DNA of 63,019 nt, filler included, from Olpidium bornovanus S191 (lineage: Eukaryota; Fungi; Olpidiomycota), in assembly GCA_017911155.1 (NCBI GenBank). It is 30 parts of 30 records of this genome, joined end to end, with 100 filler letters (N's around TTAATTAATTAA, not from the genome) between each part and the next. Parts side by side here need not be neighbours in the genome. Positions count along the whole stretch, not along the records: positions 37,218 to 39,033 come from JAEFCI010000250.1; positions 39,134 to 41,104 come from JAEFCI010011458.1; positions 41,205 to 43,684 come from JAEFCI010010036.1; positions 43,785 to 44,906 come from JAEFCI010005112.1; positions 45,007 to 47,772 come from JAEFCI010006236.1; positions 47,873 to 50,074 come from JAEFCI010009144.1; positions 50,175 to 52,317 come from JAEFCI010003313.1; 23 more parts are not named here. One strand, written 5' to 3'. A model generated the notes under the pieces. The model was given only the letters and a program-made list of their open reading frames with translations, did not search any database and had not been told where the DNA came from. Made by a program: the position numbers and the translations under genes. Positions within the stretch are counted from its first letter, which is position 1, and every line of letters begins with the position of its first letter. Of the stretch, positions 37,794 to 51,059 are shown piece by piece.

Positions 37794-39033
37794 TTACTCG
37801 CTGGTGTCCATAGCCGTGTCTTCTGTGCCCGACGGGTTTGCCGCCTGGTTCCCCGTATCCCGTGCCCGCGGCGTTGCGAGGATGACGGAAAACGTCGCTC
37901 CGGCGCCCGCCGACACGACGCGATGATTCGCGATTTTCTGTCCTTCGACCAGAACCGGCTGGAGAATATCGACGGGCTCGTTGTTCGCGAGCTGGAACTG
38001 CTCGCCCACGCCCCAGGCGTAGCACCGGCCGAAGTCGGTGACGGCTAGCGAGTGCGATGTGCCGCACGCGACGTGCACGACGCCGTGGAGAGTGGGGATG
38101 CGGCTGGGCGGGCCGATGGCCGTTTTGCCCTTGCTTGACGGTTTGTTCTCGGCCGGCGGGCCAGGCGGGGCGGATGGCGTCTCCGTGGACAGCAGCAAAG
38201 CGGGTGATTTCGTGGTAAAGGTATTGTCGGCTGCATTTAAGTGCCCCGGCGGCGGCACGCGATCGATGGATTCTGACACTGCGGGCGAGGAATCCGCTTG
38301 CGCCGGTAAGGCGTCCGCGGCGGGCGAAGAGCTTTGCGCGGCCGAGGCGACAGCGGCAGCAGGCGGAGGGTCCGTGGAAGGCTCGTCGGGGACGGTGGTG
38401 TAGGGCAACCCGAGCGCGTTCTCGTCACTGCGGCCGAACGCGTAAACGCTGCCGTCGCCTTTGCGCACCAGCGAGAAGTGGTTGCCGCCGACGCACTGCT
38501 GGACGTCGCCCACCGTGAGGTCCGGGTGGCCGATGATTGCGGGGTAGAGTATAATGTTTTCATGCCGGCCGGCGTTCGGCTCCAGGCCGCACTGCTGGAA
38601 GTTGTTCAGGCCCCACGAGTACACGTATCGCTCCTTGCTGACCGCAAAGCTGTGAAATGCGCCGCAGCCGATGCGCACTATGTTCCTCAGTCCGGTGTTC
38701 TCGGGGACGAGCGACGCGTCCATGCGCCGCGGGATCAAGCGACGGCCCAGCTGGTTCTGCTCGCCATTGCCCCACGCGTATACCTCCCCGTGGGAGGTCA
38801 AAGCAAGAACGTGATCGTCGCCGGCCGCAACCTGGACGATCTTGAGGTGCAGGAAGAAATCCATCAACAGGGGCACCTTCTGCGCTCCCCGATTTTCCTT
38901 CGTGAATCCGAGCATGCCGTTGGCGCCCTTTTTTGATTTAGGCGGCATAAACAAATCGATCACGTCGGCGGAAAAATTCGTCGACGAACGGCACGTGCGG
39001 ACCGCGAAAAGCTCGTCAGCCTTTGCACAATAA
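37794..39033 (-). CDS. RCC1: RCC1 (Ran GEF; Prp20/Srm1/Pim1), C-terminal blades, 5' partial
   Basis: GMLGF...IVQVAAGDDHVLALTSHGEVYAWGNGEQNQLGRR, IGCGAFHSFAV...YSWGLNNFQQCG, VACGTSHSLAVTDFGRCYAWGVGEQFQL, SAGAGATFSV. Confidence 0.9.
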
Positions 39034-39133
39034 NNNNNNNNNNNNNNNNNNNNNNNNNNNNNNNNNNNNNNNNNNNNTTAATTAATTAANNNNNNNNNNN
39101 NNNNNNNNNNNNNNNNNNNNNNNNNNNNNNNNN

Positions 39134-41104
39134 AAAGTTCCGTTTTAGGAAAAGGTCCCGGGCATTCCCCAGGGTGGTGTCTCCAGCTTGATACTTTGTG
39201 AATTTTGTGTTTCCCAGCGACGGGCACCAGAGGCCTCAGCTAGACCAGACCATGCCCAGGAGAGGAATATTTTTGCCCAGCAGGCCTTGCCGGAGCTGGG
39301 ACAGGTAGACGTAGAAGTCGCAGACCGCGACAATGCGGTCCTTGCAGAAGCGGTCCAGCGGCTGCCAGGAGGCGGCGCTCTCCGGCGCGCTCCCCCCCCC
39401 GCCGCCGCCGCCGGGGATGGAATCGACCTTCGCCGAGGTGGTCGGCGACGGGTCAGCGCTCTCCGACGCGTCCAGTCGTATCTGGTACTCGCAGTCTCGC
39501 GGGGCCCCGCACGACCAGCACTTTACGAGCGGAGCCTGCAACGGCGGCGCTTTCGAGGGCGAGTCGCCCGACCCTGATCCCGACGGCCTGCGCTTCCTTG
39601 CAGACGATTTGGTCGCGCCGGCACCTTTGTTGAATCCTAAAATCTTGCCAAATCCGGCCGCTATCCCGGACGATCCGTCCGGTTCGCCCTCGGCCGTCGT
39701 CGACCTGAGACTCCAATGCCGGATCTCGATGGTGTCCTTGATGATCGCCAAGAGGAGGCGGTTCCTGTAAAATGGTATCTTCCAAGCCGAAGATCCTTGG
39801 AACAGGCACGGCTCAATGTCCTCTACCATGACCCGTTTCAGGAAACTGGTCCCGAGCGTGGCGTAGGTGCTCGCGGTCGCCTTGGCTGCGGCTTTGATGT
39901 GCTCTTGGAACTCGTTGTATGCGGCCCCGTCGAGGTGCACAGAGTTCGGGTCCTTGACGTCCTGCAAGGCAAACCGCGGAAGCCGCATCGCAAGGTCGGT
40001 GCCGTCGTGGGCCTCCTTGATAGATCCCAGCGACATCTGCGACGACCCGCGCGAAGGCGATCTCCGCCCGAAAGTGCCGGTTGGCGCGTTCGCGACGTCG
40101 ATAGTCAGGTTCACGGAGCTTGGGCCCCGTGAGAGGGAGCGCCTCCTCACAAGGTCTTCCTTCAGCGTCTTTCGCACGACCTTAAGCTCCTCTTCGCGCT
40201 TGGCGACGGCAGAAACTGTGGACTCCAATTTCCCCTCCAGCTCCTTGTTCTTCTTCTCCAGGGCGTCCCGCATCGCCGATTCTTCCATGACCATTCGGTT
40301 CGCCTGTTCGAACAGGCTCGCTGTCAGGTCCTCCATCTCCTGCTCCAGAAGCTGCTTGCTGAGCGTCATCTGCGCGAGAGCCTGCTGCTCGCGCGCCAAT
40401 TGCTGCTCCAGCTGCTCGATCTCCTGCGTCAGGTCCGTCTCGACGTCATGGTGCCTGTCGATCTGTAAGAGGAGCTCACGGCAGTTCGGGCACCTGCTTC
40501 CGCCCAGACCGCCGCCGGCCGCCGCCGTCGCGCTTGCTCCCCTGAGTTGGAATTTGGCCTGTGCCGAACCCTGCGGCCCTGCCGGACTGAGCTCCTCGCA
40601 AGCCGCCGGCCGCCTTTCTGAGCCCAACGCGTTCTCGCCGATATCTCCGGACGCCGTGTCCTCGAACGGTCCCGCGGACGCCAGCGTCCCAAGCGCGGCT
40701 TCCGCGCCGAGCGGTGCGCTCTTGGATCGCACATGAACGCTCTCCTTCCTGACGGCGGTGACGTCGTTCAAAATATCACCGTCCCCGGCTGTTACCCGGG
40801 TGCTGCCTTTCTGCGCCGCTGTCGCCACCACGGCCGCCTTCGGCGGAAGCCAGATGCTATAGTTTGAATTATGCGCATCGACCGGTGGTCCAACCGCCAA
40901 GCCGTGCGGCACCGCGTTCGGTTGCGCAGCGTGCTCCCCGGTCGACGTGACTGGTCCTGCGGAGACGACCAAACTCGACAGCGGCATGGACTCGTCCTCG
41001 CTAGCCCTTCTTTCGGGAAAGGCCGCCAGCGCAACACCCGGCTTCGCGTGGCCGGCAGGGCTGATGTGGCTAGTAGCCGCCTGCGCCTTCTCCAGGTACT
41101 GGAT
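39134..41104 (-). CDS. SEC2: Sec2-like Rab GDP/GTP exchange factor
   Basis: LEQEMEDLTASLFEQANRMV (Sec2 coiled-coil signature), FLKRVMVEDIEPCL, CWSC and LDRFCKDRIVAVCDFYVYLSQLRQGL (conserved C-terminal region). Confidence 0.85.
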
Positions 41105-41204
41105 NNNNNNNNNNNNNNNNNNNNNNNNNNNNNNNNNNNNNNNNNNNNTTAATTAATTAANNNNNNNNNNNNNNNNNNNNNNNNNNNNNNNNNNNNNNNN
41201 NNNN

Positions 41205-42704
41205 CGCGAGGTGCAGACGGTGCTTTCCTGCGTTGCCCATAATTGTTGCCGGCGGTTCTGCTCAACGTCGCTGACGACACGATTTGTTTATTTTTAATCG
41301 GAGAATCGCCAGATTGCGGGCATGGCTAACGTGTACAGTCACTGGTGGACTCGCGGATTTGCGATGCATTACGTTTCTAATACGCCTTACCAGGTACCGG
41401 GGTGCATCTGATTCTGGCCGAAACGGCCCAGGATTCTGATACGAGACTCATTTTTCCTTCCACCGCAGCTTCTGCCGATGCTGGACGCGTTTTTCCGCTG
41501 TCACGGCTTCCCACCTGGCAGCACTCATCTTAAAATCTTCGATTGGCGCGGGCCGTCGAGAACAAGTATTTTATCTAACCCCGAGCTAGGGAAGCGGCGA
41601 CACATCTTAAGCATATTGAAGGTTAGGGTCGGCAGATTTATTTACTATAACCGCGCTGTTCGGCGTACAACGAGAATGAGCCCCTACGTATGGCAACCAT
41701 GGCCTAGGACTTTCCAAAAAGAAAGTTTATTCTTATTGGAGACAGCGGAGAGCGAGATTTAGAACTGTAAGTCTCATTCGAACTCATTCGCCGGTCGAAA
41801 ACTCTCTTGAACAAACTGTCCAAACAAAATTACACCGCTCGGCAGATACACAAAAATAGCGCGGGAGAATCCCGACCGCGTGCTGAAGATTTTTATCCGG
41901 GACGTCACAACGCCGCGGCTGCGCAGGCAGATGCAGGCTGAGGCAGCGTCGGCAGCATCAACAGCTCGGCGTACCTTTTCGCTCCAGCTGACGAACTTCG
42001 AAGCCATCAGGCACCGGACGCTGAAGCTGCGGTCGAAACCGTGGTCTTTGTCAACGGCGGCGCCCGTGTCGTCCGACGGAAGTTCTCCAGATACAGCGTA
42101 CGCAGGCTTCCCGTCGGCGGACGGGTGTGCGTTGACGGAAGACGTCCCACCAAACCCGGCGCTCCGGCTCGACCCGCCGCAAACGCAGCCGTCGTCCACG
42201 GCTTCGTCGCCCTTGTCATTGCAGACCGCGGAAACCCGGCCTTTCAGAGTCCGGCGGCGCTCCCTCACGGGACTTGAAGACTGCTCTTCACCGACGGATG
42301 CCGTCCCCAACGGGTCTACCGGATCCGGGACCGCCCAGGACCACCGGCTCGCGGACTTCAACAAGATCTCGCCGTCGGCCAACCGTCCGACCGTACCCGC
42401 TGTTGCCGCGCCTGTCCCACAGACCGCCAACGCAGGAGAGGGTCTGGGCGAGGCATCGCCGGTGGCAACCACGTCTCCGACCACTGACGCAGGCAACTTT
42501 CCCCGTCACGCGGCCGGAACGAACCAGCGCCCGGGACCGCGGAGAGCGCAGTCGCCGGCGAACCCGCTCGCGGCGTTCGCGAGGCGCGTAGCCGAGGCGA
42601 CCGAGGGGCTCCCGGAGGGGATGTGCACGCTGTTTGAGGACAGCGAGCGCTTGCTTTTGGACGAGAGCCTCCAGGCTCGGTTAAAGGAGTATTGCGGCTT
42701 GTGA
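41205..42704 (+). CDS. APP1: App1-like phosphatidate phosphatase (DUF2183), 5' partial
   Basis: IAGMANVY...HYVSNTPYQ|LLPML..FF...GFPPGS.HL...|DFPKRKFILIGDSGERDLE|LYTKIARENPDRVLKIFIRDV, then a Ser/Pro/Thr-rich tail. Confidence 0.87.
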
Positions 42705-42711
42705 GACTTTT

Positions 42712-42801
42712 TTGTTCTTTTTTTTCGTTTTTTTTTCGTTTTTTTTTTCGTTTTTTTTTCGTTTTTTTTTCGTTTTTTTTCGTTTTTTTTTCGTTTTTTT
42801 T
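42712..42801. repeat. (T7-9 CG)n low-complexity tandem repeat just 3' of the APP1-like stop
   Basis: About eight ttttttt(t)cg units. Confidence 0.8.
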
Positions 42802-45800
42802 TTCTTGTGTGCGTTTCCGGGCTGGCAGCACCGCGAACGAACGCGGGGCCGGTATTTCGGCGCAACGCCGGGGGGGGAGGGGGGGGGTGGAGCAATGAAT
42901 TTATGACCATTATATTCGTGTGGGGGATGCGCCCCCCGACCGCACCCGACTGCTGCATCTGACTGTGATTTGCCCAGCTTCTACCGAGGGGCGCGTTTTT
43001 GCCCCCGTGCGCACGCCGCGCGCAGGCAAACCGCCCTGCACGGCACCGGCAGGTGCGCGGAGTCGAAGCGGTCGGTCGCCCAGCCAACCCCTGCCGACGC
43101 TCCGGGGGGGGGGGGCCTTCTCGGTTTTCTTCGTTTTACCTGAAGCGCGACTGAGCAAGCGAAGGAAGGAGGGGGGGTCGTTCGTCGACGCAAGAAAACG
43201 GCCTGTTTCACCGCCGAACCGTCCGCTCAAAATTTTTTTTTTTTTCTTTTTCCGTTTTTTTTTTTCTTTTTTTTTTTTTTTTTTGAGCGCGTGCGATCCG
43301 TCGTATTCTTAGGCACGGACTGTTTTTTATAGCGCGGGGGAGTATCAACCTCCCCCTCCCCCCCCCTCCCAACCCTGCCCCCGTTTTCCCCTCCCACTTT
43401 ACTCTCCCCCCCTTCCTCCCTCTCCCTTTCTTGCCCCCCTTTCCCCACCGCGCCCCGCCCGGGCTCCCCGAGTTTGGGGGAGGGGAAGTCTCGAAGGGCT
43501 GTTTACGGACTGACTGACTGATGATGATGATACGCGTGAACGGAACGGAAACGGAACGTAAACGCATGTTTCTCGTCAGTTGGCCTCCATCGGACATTTG
43601 AAGCGGACCGAACGAAACGACAGACGGGGTATTTGTTCCCCGCCGGTTTCAAGAGTTGACGCATAGGCCAGGCCTAACATCACGNNNNNNNNNNNNNNNN
43701 NNNNNNNNNNNNNNNNNNNNNNNNNNNNTTAATTAATTAANNNNNNNNNNNNNNNNNNNNNNNNNNNNNNNNNNNNNNNNNNNNCATGACAAACATTCTG
43801 GAAATATTTTGAAAACGTTTTTATGTAGGTGGTTGCACACCTGTTGGCCATCATCGATTATTTGTCATTGACTGAATTGTGATGATCCCGGGTTTTCGCA
43901 GTACTTGCAAAGTCTGTTCCTCTCCCATCGACGCTCGGCAAACGGAAGAGACTCAAGGCAGAATCTGTGGAGCAAGTGCGGAATGGCGAGGTGGACCAGA
44001 ATCTTTTTCGAAAGATGATTCGGCTGTCCTTTGAGTCACCAGTGTCTGGAGGGGATCGCTGCCCGTTATCGTCAACCGCCGGTGACGAACGCGGCAATTG
44101 TGGGATCCTTTTCGCCCGCCGGAGCCTTGTCGCAACCTGTGGACCGGGTTGCCGTTGGTGTCTGGGAAGGGGGGAAGTTTTCAGAATGTGTTGAGACGGT
44201 GTTCGCTTTTTTCAGGGTTCCGCGCAAAAACCTTGAAGACCTGGCATTTCTAAATTTCTGCACGCTTCTGCGATTTTCTTCTTCTTCATTTTTTCTCCTT
44301 ATATCCTTTTTTTTTGTCCGGCCTCTTCGTCGGCAAGCGTCCCTCTGTTCCGACACCGGCCCGGGACTTTCTGATTCGGGCCGGCAGAAGGAGGTCAGTC
44401 TTACCAAAAGCACCACCAGCCGGCACGTTTGGGAACTCTCCGGAAGTAGAAGTGGCCCCGGCATTTCACGACGCGTCACTCTGACGGGCGCGCAACGGGG
44501 CACAGGCCGTAGAAGAAGAAAAATGTAATCCGGCTTCGGCTGGCAACCCCCGTCTCGGTCTGTCCGCCAAGATCCCCTCTCGATCTGTCCGCCAAGCCTT
44601 TCTGGATAAGGCGGCTTACGGATTGTTTTTTTGTTTTCTGCAAAAATGACGGGCGCGTGCGCAATTTGATCTGACCCGGCCGTTAGCGGGCCAGGCCGAT
44701 GGTGCCCCAGATAGAAGCTCTTAAAAGACAGGTCTTTTTAGAACTCCCAGGACCGTCGACAGGTTGAAGGCGAGGATATGTTGAAAAGGCAAAAGGAGGG
44801 CTCCAGAACGCGGGCCCTTTTTTTCGCCCCCTCTTGTTCCATCCATCCCCTAGAGAAACTCCCTTATACGAAATCCTGCGAGTAGTTACGCGCCAAACGC
44901 GCCATGNNNNNNNNNNNNNNNNNNNNNNNNNNNNNNNNNNNNNNNNNNNNTTAATTAATTAANNNNNNNNNNNNNNNNNNNNNNNNNNNNNNNNNNNNNN
45001 NNNNNNCTTTTCATCTCCCCACTTGCGCGGCGAGTGGTTTTTGCCCCCCGCCCGCGACCGCCTTCTCCCCTCCCCCTCGCTGCGCCACGCCGCACGGAAA
45101 AAACGGTGCCTCCCCTCTTTCCCCCCCGCCCCTCTCCCCCACCCACCCAACCCGACACAAGCTGTGTTCCCCTCGATATCTACTCGATATACAAGTTACT
45201 TTAGACTCGCTCGATGTCTTCGAACGACACACAGGCGATGTTGCGGCAAGCATAGGTCAAGAGAGACCGGGAGTTCGGACATTTCAGACCAGCGTAATAC
45301 TCGACGCCAAGCGGTGATACAAGGAGGCAAAGACCAACCGAGACATCGCCATATCTCTTGCGTGATGTCGAAATGCTATCGAAACGTCTGGTAAGGGCGG
45401 CGGCCCTGTCGTACACTTGACAACAGAGGCATTATGCCAACAATTCCCAGAGAGACCCAATGCAATATCTGAAAGAGGCAGATTGATGTCATTTCGCAAG
45501 GTCTGGCCTCATTTTGCGAAAGCGCGACGCCAGAAATATACTTCCCTCTCGGCTGGGATGGCCGTCGGGTAAGATGGCTGTGGCATCTTGCTGCGAGTTG
45601 GCCCGAGCACAGTATTGCCAGGAGCAGGGAAACCCCTTTCCTGCACACCATTCGTTTTCCCGTCGTTCGCACTTATCTTCGATGGTTGTGTTGTATGTGA
45701 CCTTCGATGCGCACTGCCGCAAATGCCCAAATCCCGAACTGATTTACAAGTAGGCGGTCCAGCTTCACTTAATAAAATCTAATAATTTAATGTAGATCTA

Positions 45801-46440
45801 CATCTACATATATATATATATATATCTGAATTGCTCTAGATAATTATTGCGAACTTACTGAAATGACTTGCCGATATGTTCGTCCGTCCGAACAGTTTGT
45901 ACCGGATTTCCCTATTTGTTGCCGAAGGCCACAGACACTGCGCGCTGCTCTGCAGCCTCTCCTTTCCTCCAGGCAGCCAGCGGACCACCAATGGGATCTG
46001 CCGGGTCCTTGTGGTTTCGAGTTTGTTCGTCTGGGCCGTCACGTCGCGCGCGGTTTGCTGGGCAGCGTTCAAACTTTGTCTCGAGTGCACCGACGCAACG
46101 TGAACGCTCGCAGTGTTTGAGATGACGGACGTGGGCCGCATAGCGTGCGTTTTCATGATTATGTTCCCGAGAATGTCCGGCTGTGTTTGGAAACTCGCGG
46201 GGTCCGCGGGTGATGCGTCGACCGGCGCAGCGGGCACCCTTCCAGCTGAAGTCAACCGGTGCAATATTATCGATAACGGAATCCACGACATTGGTATTTG
46301 ATTTGGCAATCCTACTCAAAAGGCAATATCGCAACTCCATGATTGATGGCGCAACCTTTGCCTTAAGGCAACCTTTGCTTTTAGCATCCTGTCATACACG
46401 TTTATGCTTTACACAGGTTTATTCCACATTTGTATGCGCA

Positions 46441-46700
46441 TATGTGTACATTTACATGCGTGGACTTATAATTAAGGAATTCATAAGTGCCCGTGGGCGT
46501 ATAATTAAGGAATACATAATTGCCCGTAGGTTTATAATTAAGAATTTTTTTTTTCTGCGCGACGTGCGCTCCCTCAGGCACTGCGTTGCCATTCTATTTA
46601 TATGCGAATATGTGGACATTTTACATGCGGGGGCTTATAATTAAGAAATTCATTAGTGCTCTGTGCAACGTGCGCTCTCTCAGGCCCTGCGTTTCCATTC
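46441..46700. repeat. Nested direct repeats with 33-bp period around TATAATTAAG
   Basis: TATAATTAAG at 46467, 46500, 46533 and 46636. The tatgtg.acatttacatgcg block and the gc.acgtgcgctc.ctcaggc.ctgcgtt.ccattcta block each occur twice. Confidence 0.88.
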
Positions 46701-49359
46701 TACACCGCCTCCCCAGCCACACGGGAAGCCCCGGGCTACGTTGCCTCGTGGGGAACTGTTTGTGGTGACCAGCGAAGGCTGCACGCCAACGGCGGCATCT
46801 CTGTGTTGGGAGTTATCGTGGTCAAGGGTCCCCCGCGACCGCGGTGTTCTCAGGTTTCGGATGCGGCGGCTCCGGCGTCGTTGCTGCGCTGGCCCGGTGG
46901 CGGCTTTTCTTCGCGCTTCTCGCTTGCAGCCCGCGGAGGCTCGTCCAAATTGGTGGCATCAGGTTTGTTCGCGACGACGCGCGGGCAAAGTGCGGCAGAA
47001 AGTGGCCTCGTCTGTTCTCGTGCTGCTCCGAACGAACTTTGTTGGGTGACGGAAACTGCGGGGAGACTGAGCACTGCGCCCGCCCTGTTTCACCCCCTGG
47101 AACCACACGTTTCAACCCCGTTTTACCATTCAAAATGCCCTTTCTATAGAGCAGAGCAGAACGGCGGAATAGAACAGTTCCCCGTGAGCTCCTGCAAATT
47201 TCCCCGAATCCTTTACGCCCCGCGGTGGCGCTCTCGCGCCTGCAAACCAACTGCTGCGAACGCCGGGAAACAAACAAAAGCGCGGGAGACATTCTATCCA
47301 CGTAAATGCCCGAACGTCGATTCCAGGGACCCCGCTTGGGGATTCAAACGTGCTCCAGATTTTGGTCGTGGTGGGCTCCGTAACCTGCCGCGTGGACAGG
47401 TCGCCCCAGTCGTGCTCTTTTGCGGCTAATTCGGCCGTGGTCTGGAGCGCGTTTTTACACAGGGATGACGGCGTTTGGGACGGACGATGTCCAACTTCAG
47501 ACGTGGACGGCCACCCACCCCGACTTAAACAGCCCCATCATTACCACCGCCGGCGCGGAAGAGGGTCGTCGACAAAATCTCCAAGATCGACACCGCGTCT
47601 TCGGCCACCCGTGATTTTTCATTCGGCAAATTCCCGATATTTTGCCTGATACATGATCTGATCGCCGTAACTGCCGGTGCGGAGGGAGCTCCTCGTCGTC
47701 GTCATCAGGGCCAAAATGCGATAATGGAAGTGCACCCCGTGACCAGCAAGTTCACGGGTAGTCTCTATTACANNNNNNNNNNNNNNNNNNNNNNNNNNNN
47801 NNNNNNNNNNNNNNNNTTAATTAATTAANNNNNNNNNNNNNNNNNNNNNNNNNNNNNNNNNNNNNNNNNNNNTATTCAGGATTAGCTCTTGCTTTTCTTC
47901 CAAGTTCCTGCACCCCCCACTCCGCAAATGTTGGCCTTCTCAAGATATTCTCCGATTTTCATCCTCCCCCTCAGTGACAAATGGTTGGCATGGCATGCCC
48001 AGCTTCAAAAATAGCATGCCGCCCAGACTGATTAGGTGGCCGTGGCATTCTTTGTTTACCAGATCATTATTTTCTTGCTTTTGTGCGTATTTTTTTTGGT
48101 TTTTGGATCGCATTCGCTTTATTCTGGGCTGGAACAAGCCAGTCGGACTTCCGCACTTCTGCGCAGATGTGGATACAGAATCGGAAGCGCTCGGAGGGTC
48201 GAGTTCGGGGATCCAGGACTTGATCGTGATTTACGAGGGTTTTTGGATGCCAATCCGCACGGATCCAGGGGCTCCCCCGCATTGTGCGTCTCCCGCGCCA
48301 CGGCGCATCCCACACGCGCGCCACGCGTGCGCCCGTGCGTTCCCGGCATTTGTGCGTCGTCCGCGCACGACGGCCTTGATGCGCGCACATCTAGTTCACA
48401 GCAGCAACGCCACCTTCCATCTTGAAACTAGTTCGGCGTGTCGTCCGAAACCATTCGCGGAACGCGTGCGCGGCAACTTAACTGCGGAGACGCGAAAAAA
48501 GGTCACGCTCGGCACGGTGCTCCAAGACGAGGTTTTAATACGGTACAAACACCCCAGCTACCAATACGAGTGGGCCCAAATTCTGCAAAGAATTCCTACG
48601 GAGATGCTGTGACTCGCAGGCAAGTAATAACGCTTGCGTCCCCGGAAACAAGCCGGAGCAAAATGGCTCAGCAAAAATGTCCGGAAGACTGCAAGCGGGT
48701 GGCCGCCTGCGTTTCCGATCTTTCACAGACATACAAACATGGAATTCAGCTATGATGAATATCGGTACTTTTGACGAAGCCGTGCGCAAAGCGCGGAACT
48801 CGATGAAATCGCATTCCAAAAAAACCAGCGATTGAAAGCAAGCTCATCCGCCAAAATTGCGATGGTTAAAGCTCGACGCGTCAATGGGAAGCTCCGAGAC
48901 CGCAAGATTCGGCCGCAATCAGGGCGAATACGCGACCTTCAGTGTCTGTCATACTAGTTCACCGCGCTGGCCCGGGCAGATCCGGCACAACGCCACCTTC
49001 CGTCGAACAGCAACACCTTTTTTCCCCACCTTTCCTCTTTTCCCCACCTTTCCTCCTTCCTCTTTTTTCCTTCCTTTCATTCTGCAGATCGCGATGCCGG
49101 CCACGACACCGATCGGGATACCGATCGCGATGCCTTCCTTCCTTCGTTCCGCCCTTCTTCCTACCTTTATTCCTTCCCTCCTTCCTTCCATCTATCCTTC
49201 CATCCTTCCTTCCATCCTTTCTTCCTTCCTGGCGCCGCGGCAAGGGCCCGTTTTGCGTTGTGTGTGGCGTTGCAGTTCGCAGCGTTGGCCTTTCTCCCGT
49301 CCCTCTTCCTTTCTTCCGCGCCGTCATCATCCGCACCGTCAGCCCCTCTCTCACCGTCA

Positions 49360-50060
49360 ACACCTTCCCCATTTTCCGCCTTCCGCATTTCCACTTTCCG
49401 CCTTCCGCGCACCATACACTTTGCGCTTCTCGGGTGAATTCTCCTCGGGCGAACAGACGAAGCCGAGCACGTCAATCTCCCGCGCGGCGAATGTCGACTT
49501 CGTGCCAGTGAGGGTCACAATCACTTTTTTCGCCCGATCGAAAATCGCCGCCACGTCACCGATGCGTTGTGCTACAAAATTTCAGACGCCCGGCCATATC
49601 CCCCTGCTGGCGTTATGCTCGCGATTATCATCGATGAACGAAAGCATTTTCTGCAAGATAAACGCCCGAAAATGTCGTTGGTGGCATTCACCACGTGCCA
49701 ACCGATGAGGTACATCTCATTGGCGTCGTTATTCGGGAAACACCCAATGGCATTTGCATCGCCTAAAGGTCGCGGCTAGCCCCGTCCAGCTGAAATTGGT
49801 CGCAGGCCGAAAAAAAATACCCATACTGTAAACGGCCTTCCCGGTAAACTCGTCGACGAAGTCATCAAAGGGCGGAACAACATTTGAATGCCGTAAAATG
49901 ATCGCCTCATTAGCTGGCTGAAGAATCTGTATAAACAATCCCAGTAGGGAATGCCTCTGGTGTGTGTTCCCTTGCACAACCTTTAAAAGCGTGTTCCCAA
50001 AAAACGCTTTTCCGTATGCTTTAAAAGTCCAGTGTGTCGGGGCTTTCTCCCAAGGGCCCA
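49360..50060 (-). mobile_element. Degenerate Ty3/gypsy reverse transcriptase
   Basis: FIQILQPANEAII...VPPFDDFVDEFTGKAVYSMG...DQFQLDGASRDL..MQMPLG...VTLTGTKSTFAAREIDVLGFVC. A possible RNase H remnant lies near 48150-48450 (TIKSWIPE), beyond a (CCTT)-rich insertion at about 49000-49330. Confidence 0.78.
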
Positions 50061-50181
50061 AGGAAATAAAAAAANNNNNNNNNNNNNNNNNNNNNNNNNN
50101 NNNNNNNNNNNNNNNNNNTTAATTAATTAANNNNNNNNNNNNNNNNNNNNNNNNNNNNNNNNNNNNNNNNNNNNGTGGGGG

Positions 50182-50279
<98 letters not shown>

Positions 50280-51059
50280 GTGTGCGTCCCTTCCTCTGCC
50301 CCCCCCCCTCCCCACTCCCTTTTCCCCTCCGTCCAGGGGGTGTGGCGCGGCGCCCGCAGGCCGAGAAAAGCAAAGCGAGAGGGGTGGAAGAAAGCTGTTG
50401 GGGGAAAGGAGCAAAGCTGTGTGTGTGTGTGTGTGTGGGGGGGGGGGGGGAAGAAAGCGGGGATGGCGTGCTCCATGCCGATAAGTCGTATTGCGAGGAG
50501 GGAAAAAGAGACAGAACGTTGCGTCCTCCTTGCTCGCCACGGCCCCCCCCCCTTTATTCCCGCTCCCCGCTTCCCGTTTCAAACACCACCCCGAACGGTA
50601 GAAGTATGATCAAAATCTGTTTTCGCGGTGCGCCCCCCTCCTCACCCCGTTGTCCGGCGGCTCCCGCGTGTCGTCTGAATGCACGCGGCCACGCCGTTTG
50701 TGTTTATAGCGGCGTATTACCCGCAGCTAAAATCAACGGTTGGGCGATTCCCGGCGATTGTCTGCCACGGTCGACACCGACGCGTCGGTCCCGCGCCGAC
50801 GGTGGAGACCGCCGCCGCAGAGGGCAACGCGAGACGCGAGTTTTGCGTCGGGGCAGAAAAAGTCTGCGAGCGATTCCAATGCACCATCATCGGATTCTGG
50901 CTTGAAGCGCTCCTCACCGCTGTGGTCCTCCACAAACAGACGAACCAAACAAGCCTTTAAAATCACATTACGCCTTATGAAGCATGGTATGGTTCAACGG
51001 AAACACCATCGCGTTTTTGGTTCTCTGGCTAGTGCGCGCGTGCCTGAGACTCGCTGCAC

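Noticed and set aside
43785-44906. Coding gene or TE in this contig
   Set aside because: Only short broken ORFs with no motif I could recognise.
46441-46700. CRISPR-like array
   Set aside because: Eukaryotic context, no unique spacers, the whole units are duplicated, and there are no cas genes. The same applies to 62225-62315 and 19310-19455.
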